Notes: a model not told the origin generated them from the sequence alone. DNA of 54,169 bases, filler included, from Sphacelaria rigidula (GCA_964200075.2; 4 parts of 4 records of this genome joined end to end with filler, not necessarily neighbours in it), one strand, 5' to 3'. Shown: positions 1 through 12,709, numbered from the whole stretch's first letter. Numbers and translations are program-made.

Positions 1-610
1 TCTCATCCTCAATCAAAAGCACCATCCTCAACATAGATGATTGGCTGTTTAGAGGCTCGAAAAGTGTACCCGCCTGGAGGAAGTTTGGAGGTAGCCAAAT
101 GGCCGCGTGTGCTTCGTTTCGTCTCGGTTTCTTTATTCATGTCCTCCTCTTAGTCTGCATTCTCCACAACTTTCTCGTTGTAGGCTCGTGCTTGGATCTT
201 ATCACTCTTCGGCCCCTGTCGCGACGTCTTGCCGTGCCTTGTCTCACGCCATTGCGTTGTTCGTTTTTGTCTTGCTTTGCGTTGCCCTGTCCTGACTTGT
301 TCGGTACGCCGACCTGCTGTGTAGTCTTTATATATTTTCGCTTTTTGTCCGCTTATTATTATGGCCCGTGTACGCGTTGTAGCCGACGATTTTTTTCTCC
401 ATGATTTTGTTATGTCAGGTCGCGATCGTGCTTCTATTTTTTCCGCGTATATTCACTTTTTCGCTCACGATTTTTAGAAAACCCTGCCCTTCGGGTCGTC
501 GGGTTGTGTGTTCGTGGGCGTATCGTTCTATTTTGTTCCTGTATTCTGTCATTTTTTCTCTTTGCACCATAACTCTGTAACCACGGGCGCTATAGATATC
601 TGGAACAGGA

Positions 611-859
611 GACACTTTCTACGATAGCCCCCCCCCCAAAACCAGCTAAAAGTTTCACGAAAAAAATGGCCATAAAGAGCCTGATGTTGGGGTTCACGCT
701 GCGTGAAGCGCCTCATATTGGCGACATTGGCTAGAACAAACTCAAGCGTGGAAATTCCCAGCTTCTCGTTGTGCTCAGATTTCCCCATTTCGATTTACGT
801 GAAGATTTTGCCTCCCAAAACCATGCACTATTGTGGGGGTGGCTATCGTAGAAAGTGTC
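611..859. mobile_element. ~250-bp non-autonomous TIR element (MITE) with 4-bp target-site duplication
   Basis: GACACTTTCTACGATAGCC (611-629) is the exact reverse complement of GGCTATCGTAGAAAGTGTC (841-859). AGGA flanks both ends (607-610, 860-863). No coding capacity; superfamily not assigned. Confidence 0.8.
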
Positions 860-1229
860 AGGAATGATGGTATACTGTGATGAGCAAGAAGTAGGCAGAT
901 GACTCGCCCCTTCTCCTTACGGTCTCGATACTGTTTATCGGGTATATTATACAGAATGGTGACCTTGGTCGGCTTTTTTGCTTTTTGAACACCATTCCTG
1001 TGAGTAAGAAAAAATTATGACTCGAAGTCCCGTCCGCCCAGCAACTCCATCATTTTGTTCAAAACAGGAAACTCGCAAATTCGTTGTTCAGCGCCCATCG
1101 GACCTGGTAGTATTAGTACAGGCCACTTACTACGTAGGCCTACACGACCAAAACTTGGCGGAGGGATTGTCAGAGGCCTGATTCTCGGAACAGAAAAACA
1201 TGGGTTCAGGGTGGGTTTCTCGTTTTTTT

Positions 1230-1520
1230 GCCGTAGTTTTCCAAGTAAAAATGATGCCGGTTCACCCCGCCCAGCGATCGAAGAACTTTAGCGCCCGTAG
1301 ATGGACACCTGTGTGTACGATCATTTTCCCGATCGATGAGGATGACGTCGATTCAGCAGATGGACATCACTGGTGGTGGGCAGTTAACCCCTTGGCCGCC
1401 AGGAGCGGTGCATCATTTTTGTTTTTGCCGGCATTTTTCAAGTGAAAATGATGCTGATTCAGCAGAGCACCCGCTCGAGTGGTACTTGGGTGAAGTAAAC
1501 GTGATGCCGATTCAAGACAC
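1230..1520. repeat. Cluster of degenerate copies of the ~100-bp TTAA MITE family
   Basis: The core TTTTCAAGTGAAAATGATGCCGATTCAGCAGA recurs in variant form near 1237, 1321, 1436 and 1490. A TTAACCCC-type terminus lies at 1384. Another copy is at ~1890-1995. Confidence 0.6.
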
Positions 1521-4500
1521 CACCTGTTCGATCCGGCTGGACTACAGTAAAATCTGTTCGATCCAGCTAGACAATTTAAGGCTGAAGAGCTACAACGCAC
1601 ATCTATTACTGATGCGTGTGTGACAGGGGGGGGTGAAAAAAACAACAGAAAGTGTCACGGGGAGGAGGGTGGATCATGGCACCATAATGAGGACGAGCGA
1701 GCGTGTGCAAATTTTATCGCGTTTCTCGAGTTTGATCTTCTAAGACGGAAGAAAGACAACGACGAGTAGTTCTGACGGGCAAGATGTAGACAACCTCATC
1801 ACACGGGGGTTTTTCTTGAACAAGAAGAGGGTTGATTAGCGGATCCAGTTTTTCAAGAGTTGGTGTTGAACAGTATACTACACGCACACGTTTTTGAACA
1901 CCCGCAAATGAGCATCCGGATCTGAGTCTGTCCCTCATTTTTCAAGTGAACCTGATGCCGATTCCAAGAGATGGACGCACCTGCTGAGCGGCCACGGCTA
2001 CAGCTGCACAAGACATGTGTCACTATTATGTATACAAGTGAACCTTTACTGTTTTGACTGTCACCTCTGGAGCACTGCCAGTCAATTTCAACCAACCTTA
2101 CTCCCCATGCCCACATAGTCATCTCCTACTAATAACACCCCCCGCCGGCGCCTCAGTTTTTGTCGATAGTAATCACCCTGCATAATATCACCGAAATATC
2201 TGTTGAACGAATGATGGGCATATGAAGAGCTATCCATAATAATTCATCTTTCAGCGAGTGGAGCAACGTGATTGGAGCAGGATTTGAAAAATTACGATAT
2301 TGAAGGGGTGTTAAACCCCGTCACATCTCGTGAAGAAGTGGTGCTCGGAAACGTGGCGCTCGGGACAACAGAGATAGTGAGGTGGGGGCCATAGTGGAGG
2401 AGGGGAGAGCGTGAGGAGAGGTGAGACACTACTAGATGCGTGAGGCATCCTTTGTTTCAGCAGCCTTTTGATGCCCTAGGCGTTGTCCTTGTGGTAGAAT
2501 ATAGCGCAACCGAAGACGACGTTCGCCACAACTCCCAAGAAGAAATTCGGTCTGCCAACGCGAACCCTCTAAAAACTCAACCCTGCCCTGTCCTGTTTAT
2601 TGGCACACTGCACCAACTACTCCCTCAAACTGTGTGGAAACACCGTATGCTCTTTCCAATTGCGCCAGGGCCTCATCTTTGAAGTCGTTGACGTCTTCCA
2701 CTGGCTAGATTCAGACTCGGGGGGCTGCGCCCCCCACCCCAAGATCCCAACAATCAACATACCGTACCGTGAGTGGGAAGTCGGGCTACATATCTCCGAC
2801 GGGTCTTGTTGAATGGAGAGAGGGCGAGAGACTCTTGGAGGGAATTAATTTCAGGTGCTGTGCACCAGCACCAGCAGCACCAGCACCAGCACCAGCAAGG
2901 AGCGATACCAGTACAGCGGACAGCGGAAGTACTCATACAAATTATCAGAGTAGGTAGAACACGAACTAAAGGAACGGACACCAACGACAACAGCAGCATC
3001 TGTTGTGGAGATGTCTTCGTACAACACACCAGTGCGGGACGAGCTGGTCGTGAATCTCGGCGGTATAATGCCGGAGCTGAAAAGCAGTCGAGGGATACCC
3101 GTTGTGAAGCACACCAAGAGGGGCCAGAGGGAGAAGAGAAGGTTGAGGCTGGACACGGACCTGTCGACACTCGAGGTTTTTAGCACCAACACGGGGTACT
3201 TGAACAGGAGGATATCCACGCGAACGCATAATCTCTGTCATCTGGAGGAGGTGAGACAAGAAGAAGGCGCGGACCCAACCCTCTTCACGTGCTTCGTTTT
3301 GGATTATAAATAAAAAAAGTGGAATACAAATTTGATTGACTTGAATGTGTTCCGACATACTCCCTTCCACTGGTATGAGCACGGGACTGTCCCTGTGCCC
3401 GACTCATCCAAACCGTTTACACCATGCTGTCATCCTGTGCTCATACAGCTGGCATACATGACATGTGTGAGCGCTGCGTTCCCCGTGATCCAGTATGATG
3501 TTCATGAATGGCGTCCTTAAATCAAGCCCTTACGTACCGACTGGTGCAGAAAATTGAGCCGTGCCCTGGCGGAATTGTTATTGTCGTGCCCTTCAGCGTC
3601 TCGCTACTGCTGTTGCTATCTTGCGCGTGTGGTTCACTGGAGTCTAGAAGTTGGTCAGGACGTTTGTCCTCTGTGCCGAAACGACCTGTCTGTCTCTCGA
3701 TAGGAGGTCGGGTCAAGTCCTGTGCCCTTGAGGAGCTACCTCAGCAACTTGCCTTAGACATTCGAGACTTGGAAGTTTGGTGGGATCCTGTCGTTCAGCT
3801 ATTCCAAAAAATAATTGTACCACCAAGGTACCACAGTTTGTACGGTGTAACTGTGATGTACTTCAGTCGACTCAACGCGATTACGGCAGTATGTGAAAGA
3901 GTGGTGGGACGAACTGAAGCTCCGCAATCTATTGCTTGGTTTTCTCTTGTCCTTTTTCAGCACCTGCAGCCGTAATCTCCATAGTGCATACAACAGGCAG
4001 TAGAGTGTTTGCACCATGTCGGTTTTCCTATCTAGCTCGTTTGCAGTCTGTATTACAGTGGAGTAGTTGTTCAGTAGTGTACTCTACTGTCACAGGCAGC
4101 GACTGTTGTACCGTGGACGGAAAGGGTTAGGGTTACAACGGTCCTGAAAGTACTGCAGCATGGTGTAAAATTTTGCATGTCATTTTGATGGAGATTTGAT
4201 TAATACACACAGTAAGTATTCTTAGACAGTAGGTGGCAAGGCGTGACGATACAACGGTCCGAAGGTATTGTGCCATGATACCGAGGTTGCAGACCTCAAC
4301 ATTCGCCACGTCCGGTACTATCGTGACTGTACAAGTAGTACTGTACTGTCGTCACACACTTCGCCATCGTGACTGCAACACATATCTGCGCATTGTTGAG
4401 GTTGCAAGGGCCGTCCATTTTGTCTTCAAACACAGGATTCAGCAGATCTCCATGGACCCTCTGAGATGTCGATGGGTTCTGTAAGGAATGGGGAGCGCTG

Positions 4501-4734
4501 CTTGACTGTTTGTCCATCCTACTTCCGAGTCAACAATTCATGAGCAGCCACTCAGTGATGTCGAATTGTGATGATGTGCACAGGGCGTGGCTGCACCGTC
4601 GATGTTCATGTTGCAAGCAACCGCGAGCGCATGTTGATCCTGAGAGCTCACGTTCTTCCTTCATGTTGCTCACAAAAAGCATGCACACTTGATGGTTTCA
4701 ATCACATCGGAAAATGCTCATTTTGACCGTTTCA

Positions 4735-5560
4735 CCTGCGATTTTTTATCCGACAAAGGGCGTGGGCGGGTTGTGCCACCCTCGGAAAGACTTGGTTCAC
4801 TTTGAGCGGATTCCAGTGCACTTCCACGATATCGCAGACTGTTGTGACCCTTGATTGCACTCGACCCGTTTAACCCTCAGGCCGCGAGATTAGTCTTTCT
4901 GGACCATGCACACTTTTTTTCCCTTGAAATTGATGCCGACTCAACAGAAGACTACCCTCGCGGTCTAAGGGTTAACTGTCGGAGTAGTTGATCAGGAGTC
5001 GTTGACTCATTTTTCAAGTAAGGATGATGCTGGTTCGTTAGATGAGGCTCCAGGGGTAAAAAAGTTACCGAATTCTTGTTCACCTCCCCCAAAAATTTGA
5101 TATTTCTCTGAGTTTCTCAGAGTTTTTCCGGGAAAATCGAGATACTCCTAGGATTGTAGATGAACACTGCGCGATCGGCCAAATAGTTGATTGAACTGGA
5201 GATGAGATGAAATCCCAGAAACTCTCGGAGTGTACAGCAAGGAGCTCGTATTTCCGCTTGGTCGAGCTACTATCTGAAGAATTTTCTCGAAAAATTGTGA
5301 TTTTGAAATACCCAAACCCTAACCTTCCTGCGGGGCCAATTTGGACACAAGCGCGTTCTGCGCACGATACGAGCGGGAGCACGTGGGGCTGTCACCCCCA
5401 CTCAAGAACTGAAGATTGGTGTTCACACTACAATCGAGTAGCAGTTATTCCGTGAAAGATCCGCACGACCACGTGGTGATACTGCTGTACTGGGAGCAAG
5501 TCTTTCGCGGTGGCACAATCCGCCAACTCCTTCCTCTCTGGGTAACAAAAATCGCCGCCA
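4735..5560. mobile_element. Old inverted-repeat (foldback/TIR) element with nested insertions
   Basis: GGCGGGTTGTGCCACCCTCGGAAAGACTTG (~4765-4794) is inverted relative to CAAGTCTTTCGCGGTGGCACAATCCGCC (~5498-5525). The same motif occurs in the arms of the element at 44619-45570. Boundaries approximate. Confidence 0.55.
4874..4971. mobile_element. piggyBac-like MITE (98 bp, TTAA TSD)
   Basis: TTAA|CCCTCAGGCCGCGAG ... CTCGCGGTCTAAGGG|TTAA: imperfect 15-bp TIRs starting CCC, with TTAA at 4870-4873 and 4972-4975, as for piggyBac termini. Confidence 0.8.
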
Positions 5561-6135
5561 AATCGCGACGTGGTGTAGGTGTTTTTTCCACGAGATTTCT
5601 TTGCTCGTGTCAGCTGCAAGTACTGTACTGTACTGTAGAGGGCAGGCGTATTTTGTTTTCCCGCACAATTTTCTGTACCGTGCCCACTCTTTTTTTTATC
5701 GCTTCTTCCCTTACCCCCCGCCATGCTCACCTCCACACAGACTGGTGTCCCCCCACTTGACCCGAAGAAGTGTCTCCGGCGCAAAAAGGACGAACAAAGC
5801 AAATAAATAACTCAAACAGGCTGACTCCCTGCAACCGTACCGTGTCGCTAACCTGCAGAGCGCGCCGCGTGCTCTGATCGGTCATCCGGGCACCGTCAGT
5901 ATTTCGCACCATCCTGGAACATTGTAGACGCACGGCCTGGTGAAGGCGGCGGCTTCTTACAAGAATTTATGTACCCAACACCTTGATGGGTTGTGCTAAA
6001 AACTTGGTTGGCATGTGACCGGACTGCAAGCCCAGAACAGGGATCCCGGCTTCGGCTCCTATTACTCGTCGTCGTTCGAAAATTACGGCCAAAGTAATCG
6101 TCTAATCGTCGGAAATATCCGCTATACCCGCTATA

Positions 6136-6429
6136 CTGGGATTTTTTCTCACACAGTGCCCAACGGTGGAGAGCGACCATGTCGTGGATACACAACATTC
6201 TACTTGATGGTTGATGAGGGAGAGGGACTGCTGAACCCCCCTCGCGATACGGCAAGCACCGCACAAGGAAGGTGGAGGACTAGAAACAAACGAAAGAGAA
6301 AAAAAAAATCCTGTGTTGGCCTTCCTCCTGTGTGATCCCGGCTGGTGCGCCCACATACACCAAAGTAAAAGTTGTTGACCGCCGTTCAGAATAGATGGGA
6401 CAACACAACACGACAGCATACGCAACACA
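6136..6429 (+). mobile_element. 5'-truncated copy of tRNA-headed SINE-like family
   Basis: Reverse-complement similarity to 14691-15030 and 39991-40354 (GGAGAGCGACCATGTCGTGGATACACAACATT; GCAAGCACCGCA; CAGAATAGATGGGACAACAC-rich tail). Lacks the tRNA-like head. Confidence 0.75.
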
Positions 6430-6567
6430 TTATATAGGATTTCAAACGCTCTCGGAAATGCGTACATCGTTGATTTCTCTGAGGAAGTTTCGAGAGTGTG
6501 CACCTGAAGATATGAGGAGAGGTGCAGATCGATAATGATGAGATTATTTGAAGGCCGTTACTAATAT

Positions 6568-6680
6568 GAACCCCCTGGCCGCGAGTGTAGTTCATCTGGA
6601 TCGTGCATACTTTTACTTTTTGCCAAGTGAAATTGAGGGCGATTCAACAGATGACCTACGCTCGCAGTCAAAAGGATCAA
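6568..6680. mobile_element. Degenerate copy of the TTAA piggyBac-like MITE
   Basis: GAACCCCCTGGCCGCGAG ... CAAGTGAAATTGAGGGCGATTCAACAGATG ... CTCGCAGTCAAAAGG resembles 4874-4971. Confidence 0.6.
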
Positions 6681-7577
6681 AATTGTTTTCTTCGGCAATT
6701 ATTTGGGTTTTGATGTTTAGATATTAAGTCGAATGAAACTAACTATTATAAACGAGAATTGAGCGGACCACGCCAGTCATGGCCTTCGAATTGTCATGCG
6801 TCTGCGATTTTGCCGGAAGATACTTCCGTGGTTATAGTGGCTTGTACTCTTATAGGATTCGACGATCACTTGATCAGGGTTTTTTTTCGGGTGGCAGATA
6901 CCCTTATTTTTTCATGCACTTCGACGGGAGTATGACACGAACGATTCTCACATACAGCGTATTGATTATTCACGAATCCCTGCCATACTGTTCCACTTAT
7001 GATCTTGGGACTTGAGCTTTCCTTGCCTTGACCTGTTCTTAACAGACGTGTCCGATGCTGAGACAGTTCAGAGTGATTGGAAAGAGTAAAAATATTTATG
7101 ATCCTCCGCCGCAACGAATTTTAATGAATCAATTTAATGAACTCATTCCGCTCGTGAAGAAAAACGCCATATGATTTTCAAGTTTCCATCACGACGTACA
7201 ACTTCATCTGTCATATTCTTGCACTCTAGATTGGAGTCTTGAGTCTTGGGTCTTGACTCCTCCTCCCCCGTTACGAAGCAGACGTCTTTGGTGTCGGCGA
7301 CCGGCAAATCGAAAAATGTTTCGACCTTTGGAACACACGGCGCATCGTGTACGCAATATCTATGTCACACTCTTGCCCCCCCCCCCCGACTCTTTACGCG
7401 GACTTTTATGCGCAGGTTGGACCCGCGGTGAGCGTCCCGGGGGGACTGCCGGCCACTCCGGGGTGCACCCTGCACTTTGTTTTCCGTAATCGCAACCTTT
7501 ACATAACCGTGAAGTCTCGCGATATCGGTGCCGCCCTCGTCGCCCTCTTCCGCGGCGGAGCGAGTGGCCCGTCATCG

Positions 7578-10500
7578 ATGGTTGCGACGGCAGCACCGGG
7601 TGCGGCCGGGCGTAGGAGCAGCGGCAGGGATCTTATCTCAGATACCTCCAAGCGAAGGTCGGGACTAGCCTCTTCCCCATCTGCCCACTCGATTGCCGAC
7701 CTGCAGACGCGAAACGGACCGTCGCGAGGCAGACTTTTGTCTACTTCTATAACCAGTCAGTCTTCGCGGGCTTTCGAACGGGAGACTCGGTCTTCAGCGG
7801 ACCCGGCATTGAGGCACACCGGCGGTAGGGATGGAGGAGGCAGGGCCCGGGGCAGGGGTAACGACGGGGAGTCGGACTATGGTAGAATGCCCTCGAGGGG
7901 GCGTTCTAAGGCGAAGCTAAAGCGATCGGCGAGCTACTCGGCGGGACCGGATTCGTTCGCGGACGTTACTAGTTCCAGCGACGATGATGATGACATACTG
8001 GGGGTGCCTACCAACCGTACGCCGACGCTCTCCGGCACATCAGGGCGATCCTCCCTGAGCACGCACTCGTCAGAGTCGCCCGACCCCATCATGAGGTCAA
8101 GGATGGTGGGTTTCGGGTCCACGGACGTGATGCTCGAGAGTGCTAAACCCAAGAGGGGACCGTTCAAACCGCCTTGGACACGCCGCGGGGGCTCCGAGAG
8201 CGATAAGAAGGGTAGTCCGGCAGCAGCGGCGTCGGCCTCCGAGAGATCATCGAGTCAACAGCCCGCGGCTGTACCCCCTGTGGAGGAGAAGGCAACGGTC
8301 GTGCCCCCTGACTCGAGTAATGGAAGTAGTGCCAGCAAGAGGCATGGGGGTGGTGCGAGCTTAGCGAGCTCGGAAAGTTTTCCTGGCCGGACATTGGCGA
8401 AAACCGCGCTTCCCAGTCCGGTGATGGCGACCAATAGCAACGGTGTCTCGTCCAAGGAGTCGGCAGCGATTCGTCGTCCCGTTAGTGCGCCCGCCGCCGT
8501 AGTTCCCGCGTCGACTGAAATCTCTCCAGTGTTCATGACGAGGAAAGAAGACATCGCCCCTGTGTCTGTCAGCAAGGTGGTGACGGCTGGTGCGGGTGCT
8601 GCTTCGAGAGCCCCTCCTCCTTCCGGGGATAGGGGCAGAAGCAAAACAGAATCTCAGGTCCCTGCATCCCCAAGGAGGGTGGACAATAAGAGGCACTCTC
8701 CCGATGGTTCCCAAACAGGGTCCGCGGCCGCACAGCAACAGCTTCCCCCGGCGTCTCCCCTACAGGCAGTGGAGGATTTGTTCAATTTCCCAGCTCGGCC
8801 TGGATCTCCGCGTAGAGCACCTAAACATAAGAAACAGGCGTCGCAATGGAAGGACCACCATGGAGATGGGCAAAAGCTACCGGTTGCAGGAGGGGAACGC
8901 AGGATTCCGCCTTTGCAAAGGCCGATCGGGACGGACGGGCAACAGCAGCACGACCGAGTAACAACGGGCGCAATCGACCAGCCGCTCGTCGCGGTCATGT
9001 CTCGTGACAGCACCGACGAAGGCAGCATGTCGCCGCCTCTGCTGCAGCAGCCGAGGGATCACGCCCATGGGCGAGAGAACGGAAGCCGGCAAGCTATGCG
9101 TGTTCCCGAAGGAGGTGGTGCAGTAGCGGTGAAGGCGACGACTCGGGTCGTTGCGAGCAGCTCCTCTTTCGATACTATGGAGGACTGTAACGGGAAGCGC
9201 AAAGACCTAGGTTCGATGGAGTCAACGTCGCCCAGCAATTCACCGGATTGCTTTGAGATGGTGCCAGCCCTAGGCACCACCCTAGCGACACGACCTGTCG
9301 GCAAAACGACGAGGCGCTCGCGTGATGTCGGGGAGGGGAAAGATGCTACTGAGGAGAGGCGGGGGTCGACGGAAGGCAACGCTCGGGATGCCAAAGAAGC
9401 GCGAAATGCAAAAATTCTTCCAAGTGGGGGTTCTAAAGGTTCGCGAGGGGATGGTAGGGTGAACAACCCGCGCCTCAAGGATATAATCGCCGCAAGGGAC
9501 GCTCCCTTACCGGGAACACCGGGTAGGCTGTTGACCAGACCCCGCAACAAACCCATGAGTAGTAGCCAAGATGATATTCCTGGGATAGCACCGGAATCGA
9601 TAACGTTGGGTGTTGCCGGTGCTAACGCTCCGCTCCCGACCCATGATGTCCCGCCGCAATTGTTGCAAGAAACTATTGCTGGGGCGGCGAGGGAACAGGC
9701 GGCTCAATACGACCCACGGAGAGAGAGCGTGGCTGGTGCTGCGGATGGCCTCTACAGTCCAGTAGTAGCCGGGCCGATGGGGGCTAGTAAGCTGACCATC
9801 GAGGCGAGCTCTCCGCACGCTACCGGACCAGGACTGCTGGGGGCAATCGCCGTTCGAGACACGCTGCCTTTCTTGTCTGGAATAAGTAGCCTGGCTAGCC
9901 ATGGAAGCCGAGGCACAGACTGTACTTCGCCAGACTCTCCGCCGGGCGGCGCCGTGGGAGAGGTCAGAAAGGCCTCTATTTCGTCGCCGCCCGTACCCCC
10001 GCGCCAGCCACGACCAATTCCCATCATGAGTCGGGGTGACGTCGGGGGTGCTCCGCAGCTCCAGGAACCCAAGGGGCCGTCAGGTTTCGAAGAGTTGTGG
10101 GCGGTCCTCGAGCCGGCATGGGGCATCAACGCCTCGTTTGGCACATCAATGACGCCGAAGGTGATGCTTTTGGGAGAAATTTATGACATGATGCGTAACT
10201 TTCAGGCGGCAGTGGCGAGCGTGTGCGTTAGGGCTTGTGGCCCCACCCTTGGAGAGGTATGCGGAAGGTGTGGTCGCGCTTGGGCTGTACTGTCGTCGGC
10301 GTCACAACAGGCTCTCGCGGACTTCACCGCCCTCCACAAGATCGGAAAAGGCGTCGACCAGCTGATTGCCATTGTGGAACGATACGAAACCAGCGCCGTC
10401 ATTCGGCGGTTCACCCTGTCTCTCATCAGATCCGATCGTCCAATGTGGGACGAGATGCTTAGCGCCGGCGAGGGGGCAGATTTGCAAGGGCCTTGTCGGC

Positions 10501-12203
10501 AAATCGAGGAAGCGGTTGCTTTGCTGCCGGTAGAGGGCAAAACTGGCAATATCGAGCAGCGTGGTAACGGCGACGGTGGTGGGGATGGGGGTGAGGGTTG
10601 TATCGGCGGCAGCAGAAGCGGCCGCGGTCATCTGGCTCTGGGGGGTGCAGCTGGGGGTAGGAACGCGAACGGACGGGGAAGTATAGAAGGATGGAGTGCA
10701 GGGCATCTGTGGTTACCTCCTTGCCCGTCGTATTGGGCCAAGGGACAATTCGATAGGCTCACACCTCGGGGGCTACCAGATGTGGTCGATCTGCTGCACG
10801 ATCCGGAGCGATTTGGGGAGCTAGCGCGACTCGTCACACGCGCAAGCGACGAAGGCCCGCTAAACAAGTCGCACAGTCCAGCGTGGGACTGCGTTCGCCA
10901 AGCCGAGGGGCCATCTCTCGGCCGGGCGTTGCGCCGTGCTCTGTCGGCAACGCTGGTGGACGCGGGGGAATTTCTGCCGCTGCCGCGAGTGCCGCCGCCG
11001 CCCGTCGCTTACTTGCCGCGAGACCGACTTGCGAATCAAATCGAGGCCACTATCTTGCATCCCTTCCTCCCTCTGAGCATTGCAGGAATCGGGGGCCCAA
11101 GTGGGTCCGGGAAGACGGTATTGGCGGCGGCCGTCGTGCGGCGTGAGGCGGTTCGCCGGCGGTTCGGAGATCGCGTCTTCTGGCTTCACGCTGGCCATGG
11201 TGCGGATAAGCGCATCATCTCGATGGTGCAAACTCTCGCTGACACGGTATATGCGTGGCTGACGGACAGTCAAAAGGGATCGCAGACTGCAGTAAGGGGT
11301 GGCAGAGGAGGTGGCGGCACTAACGTCGGCGGTGGTGGTGGTGGAGGCAGAGGGGGCTTGGACGACTTGCGGGAGCCTGTGCGGTTCCGCGATGAAGACC
11401 AGGCGATACAGTACGTAGCGGACTTGTGTCAGGGCCCCCGACTGGGCAAACAAGGCCTCCGCTGCCTAGTGGTGGTGGATGATGTCCACGAGGAGGTCGT
11501 GGTGAAGACGCTGTGGAAATCGCAGTGCCAACTTCTCGTCATAAGTCCCGTCTCGGGGCTGCTGCAGGCGGTCGGGGCGGAGGCGACGCTCGCGGAGCGT
11601 TTCGCGAACGAGGACGCCCACCTTGTCGCGGCCGCGGCATCCGGGGAGGAATATCTCTGCAGCGACGGAGCTAGACTCGTTAACCTGTGCGAAGGTTCGC
11701 CCCTGGCCGTTGCGATGGCTGGTGCTCTGGCGCAGACGGCAATTCACGCAGCCCCCACACAACGTAGAGGCGACGGCGGCGGTGGTACTGGCAGTGGCGG
11801 CGGCGGAGACGGAGTAGGAGAACGGGAGGGGTTAACACAGGGTCGTGGGTGGTCCCTCAGTGGAGTAACACAAACGGTCAACATCCTTGCGGCCCCCGTG
11901 GGTGCCTGGGTGGAGCAGGCAGTGGGGCTTGGAGGTTCGAGCGACAGGAGAGCCAGGAGTGGCGGTCGCGGGGACGGAAGCGGAGGAGGCGCTGACGGAG
12001 TGACCAGAGTGACGGATCAGAGTACGGTGGGCCACGCGCGTCGCCGACCCAGTTTGCACAGCTTGGCGTGGACGGAGGTGGCGCGAAAGGTGGATGCGGC
12101 TCTGTTGGAGCTTGAGTCCAACCGGGGTCTGCGAAGGGTGATGGATGAGAGCGGGCCAGAGGATGAGAAGTCTGCCCGAGCGATGCAGGTCGTCCTGACC
12201 CAG
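7578..12203 (+). CDS. NB-ARC (STAND P-loop NTPase) NLR-like protein; one very large exon, gene 3'-incomplete
   Basis: 1654-codon ORF. Pre-P-loop YLPRDRL, Walker A GGPSGSGKT (11091-11117), RFGDRVFWL (RNBS-A-like), Walker B CLVVVDDVH (~11462-11488), CEGSPLAVAMAGAL (GxP/GLPL, ~11688-11729). Strong donor CAG|GTAAGG at 12203/12204. Start placed at the first plausible ATG (7578); upstream exons are possible. Confidence 0.85.
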
Positions 12204-12709
12204 GTAAGGAGTGTGTGTGCGTGTGTGTGTGTGTGCTCGGTCGGTACAAGCCAAATGTTCGGTAGAATAACGGCGGAGACAGCGAGGGCAGTTATTTTTC
12301 AACCAGCCTGACTCTTGCAAGAATTTCTGGTCCACGTCGAGCTTCTTGTTGTTGGCCCCGTCATTTGTAGCGTCCCTGACTCCGGTTTACCCGACCTTTT
12401 CAGAATGTACCGGTAGCACGGCATGCTTGTGTTGCGGTGTTGCTGAGGTTGTGGCAGCATGGGTCGGGCCAGGAAACAGTCTACCTTCCATCTGTACGTG
12501 CCGAAGTTGCCCATATGCTGGAGGAATGGGTTTGATGAAAATGACATTTTCGCGTCACTTTCCGTCAGAAATCTTGTTCATCAAGTCGTGCCCAGCGCGG
12601 CGTTCATCTGTCGAGTCGGTATCGTGTTGGACATGAGGAATACGGTTGACTCAGGTGTCCATGTGCAAGCGCTCGAAGTATTGTAACAACGTCAACTTCC
12701 TTGATTTCA

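Noticed and set aside
1230..1520. Repeat-spacer array
   Set aside because: Spacing is irregular and the repeat is the core of the dispersed TTAA MITE.
1653..1803. Solo LTR (TGTCAC...TCACA)
   Set aside because: No partner LTR, PBS/PPT or convincing TSD.
5081..5421. CACTA-like element (CACC...GGTG)
   Set aside because: The terminal match is only a few bases, which is insufficient support.
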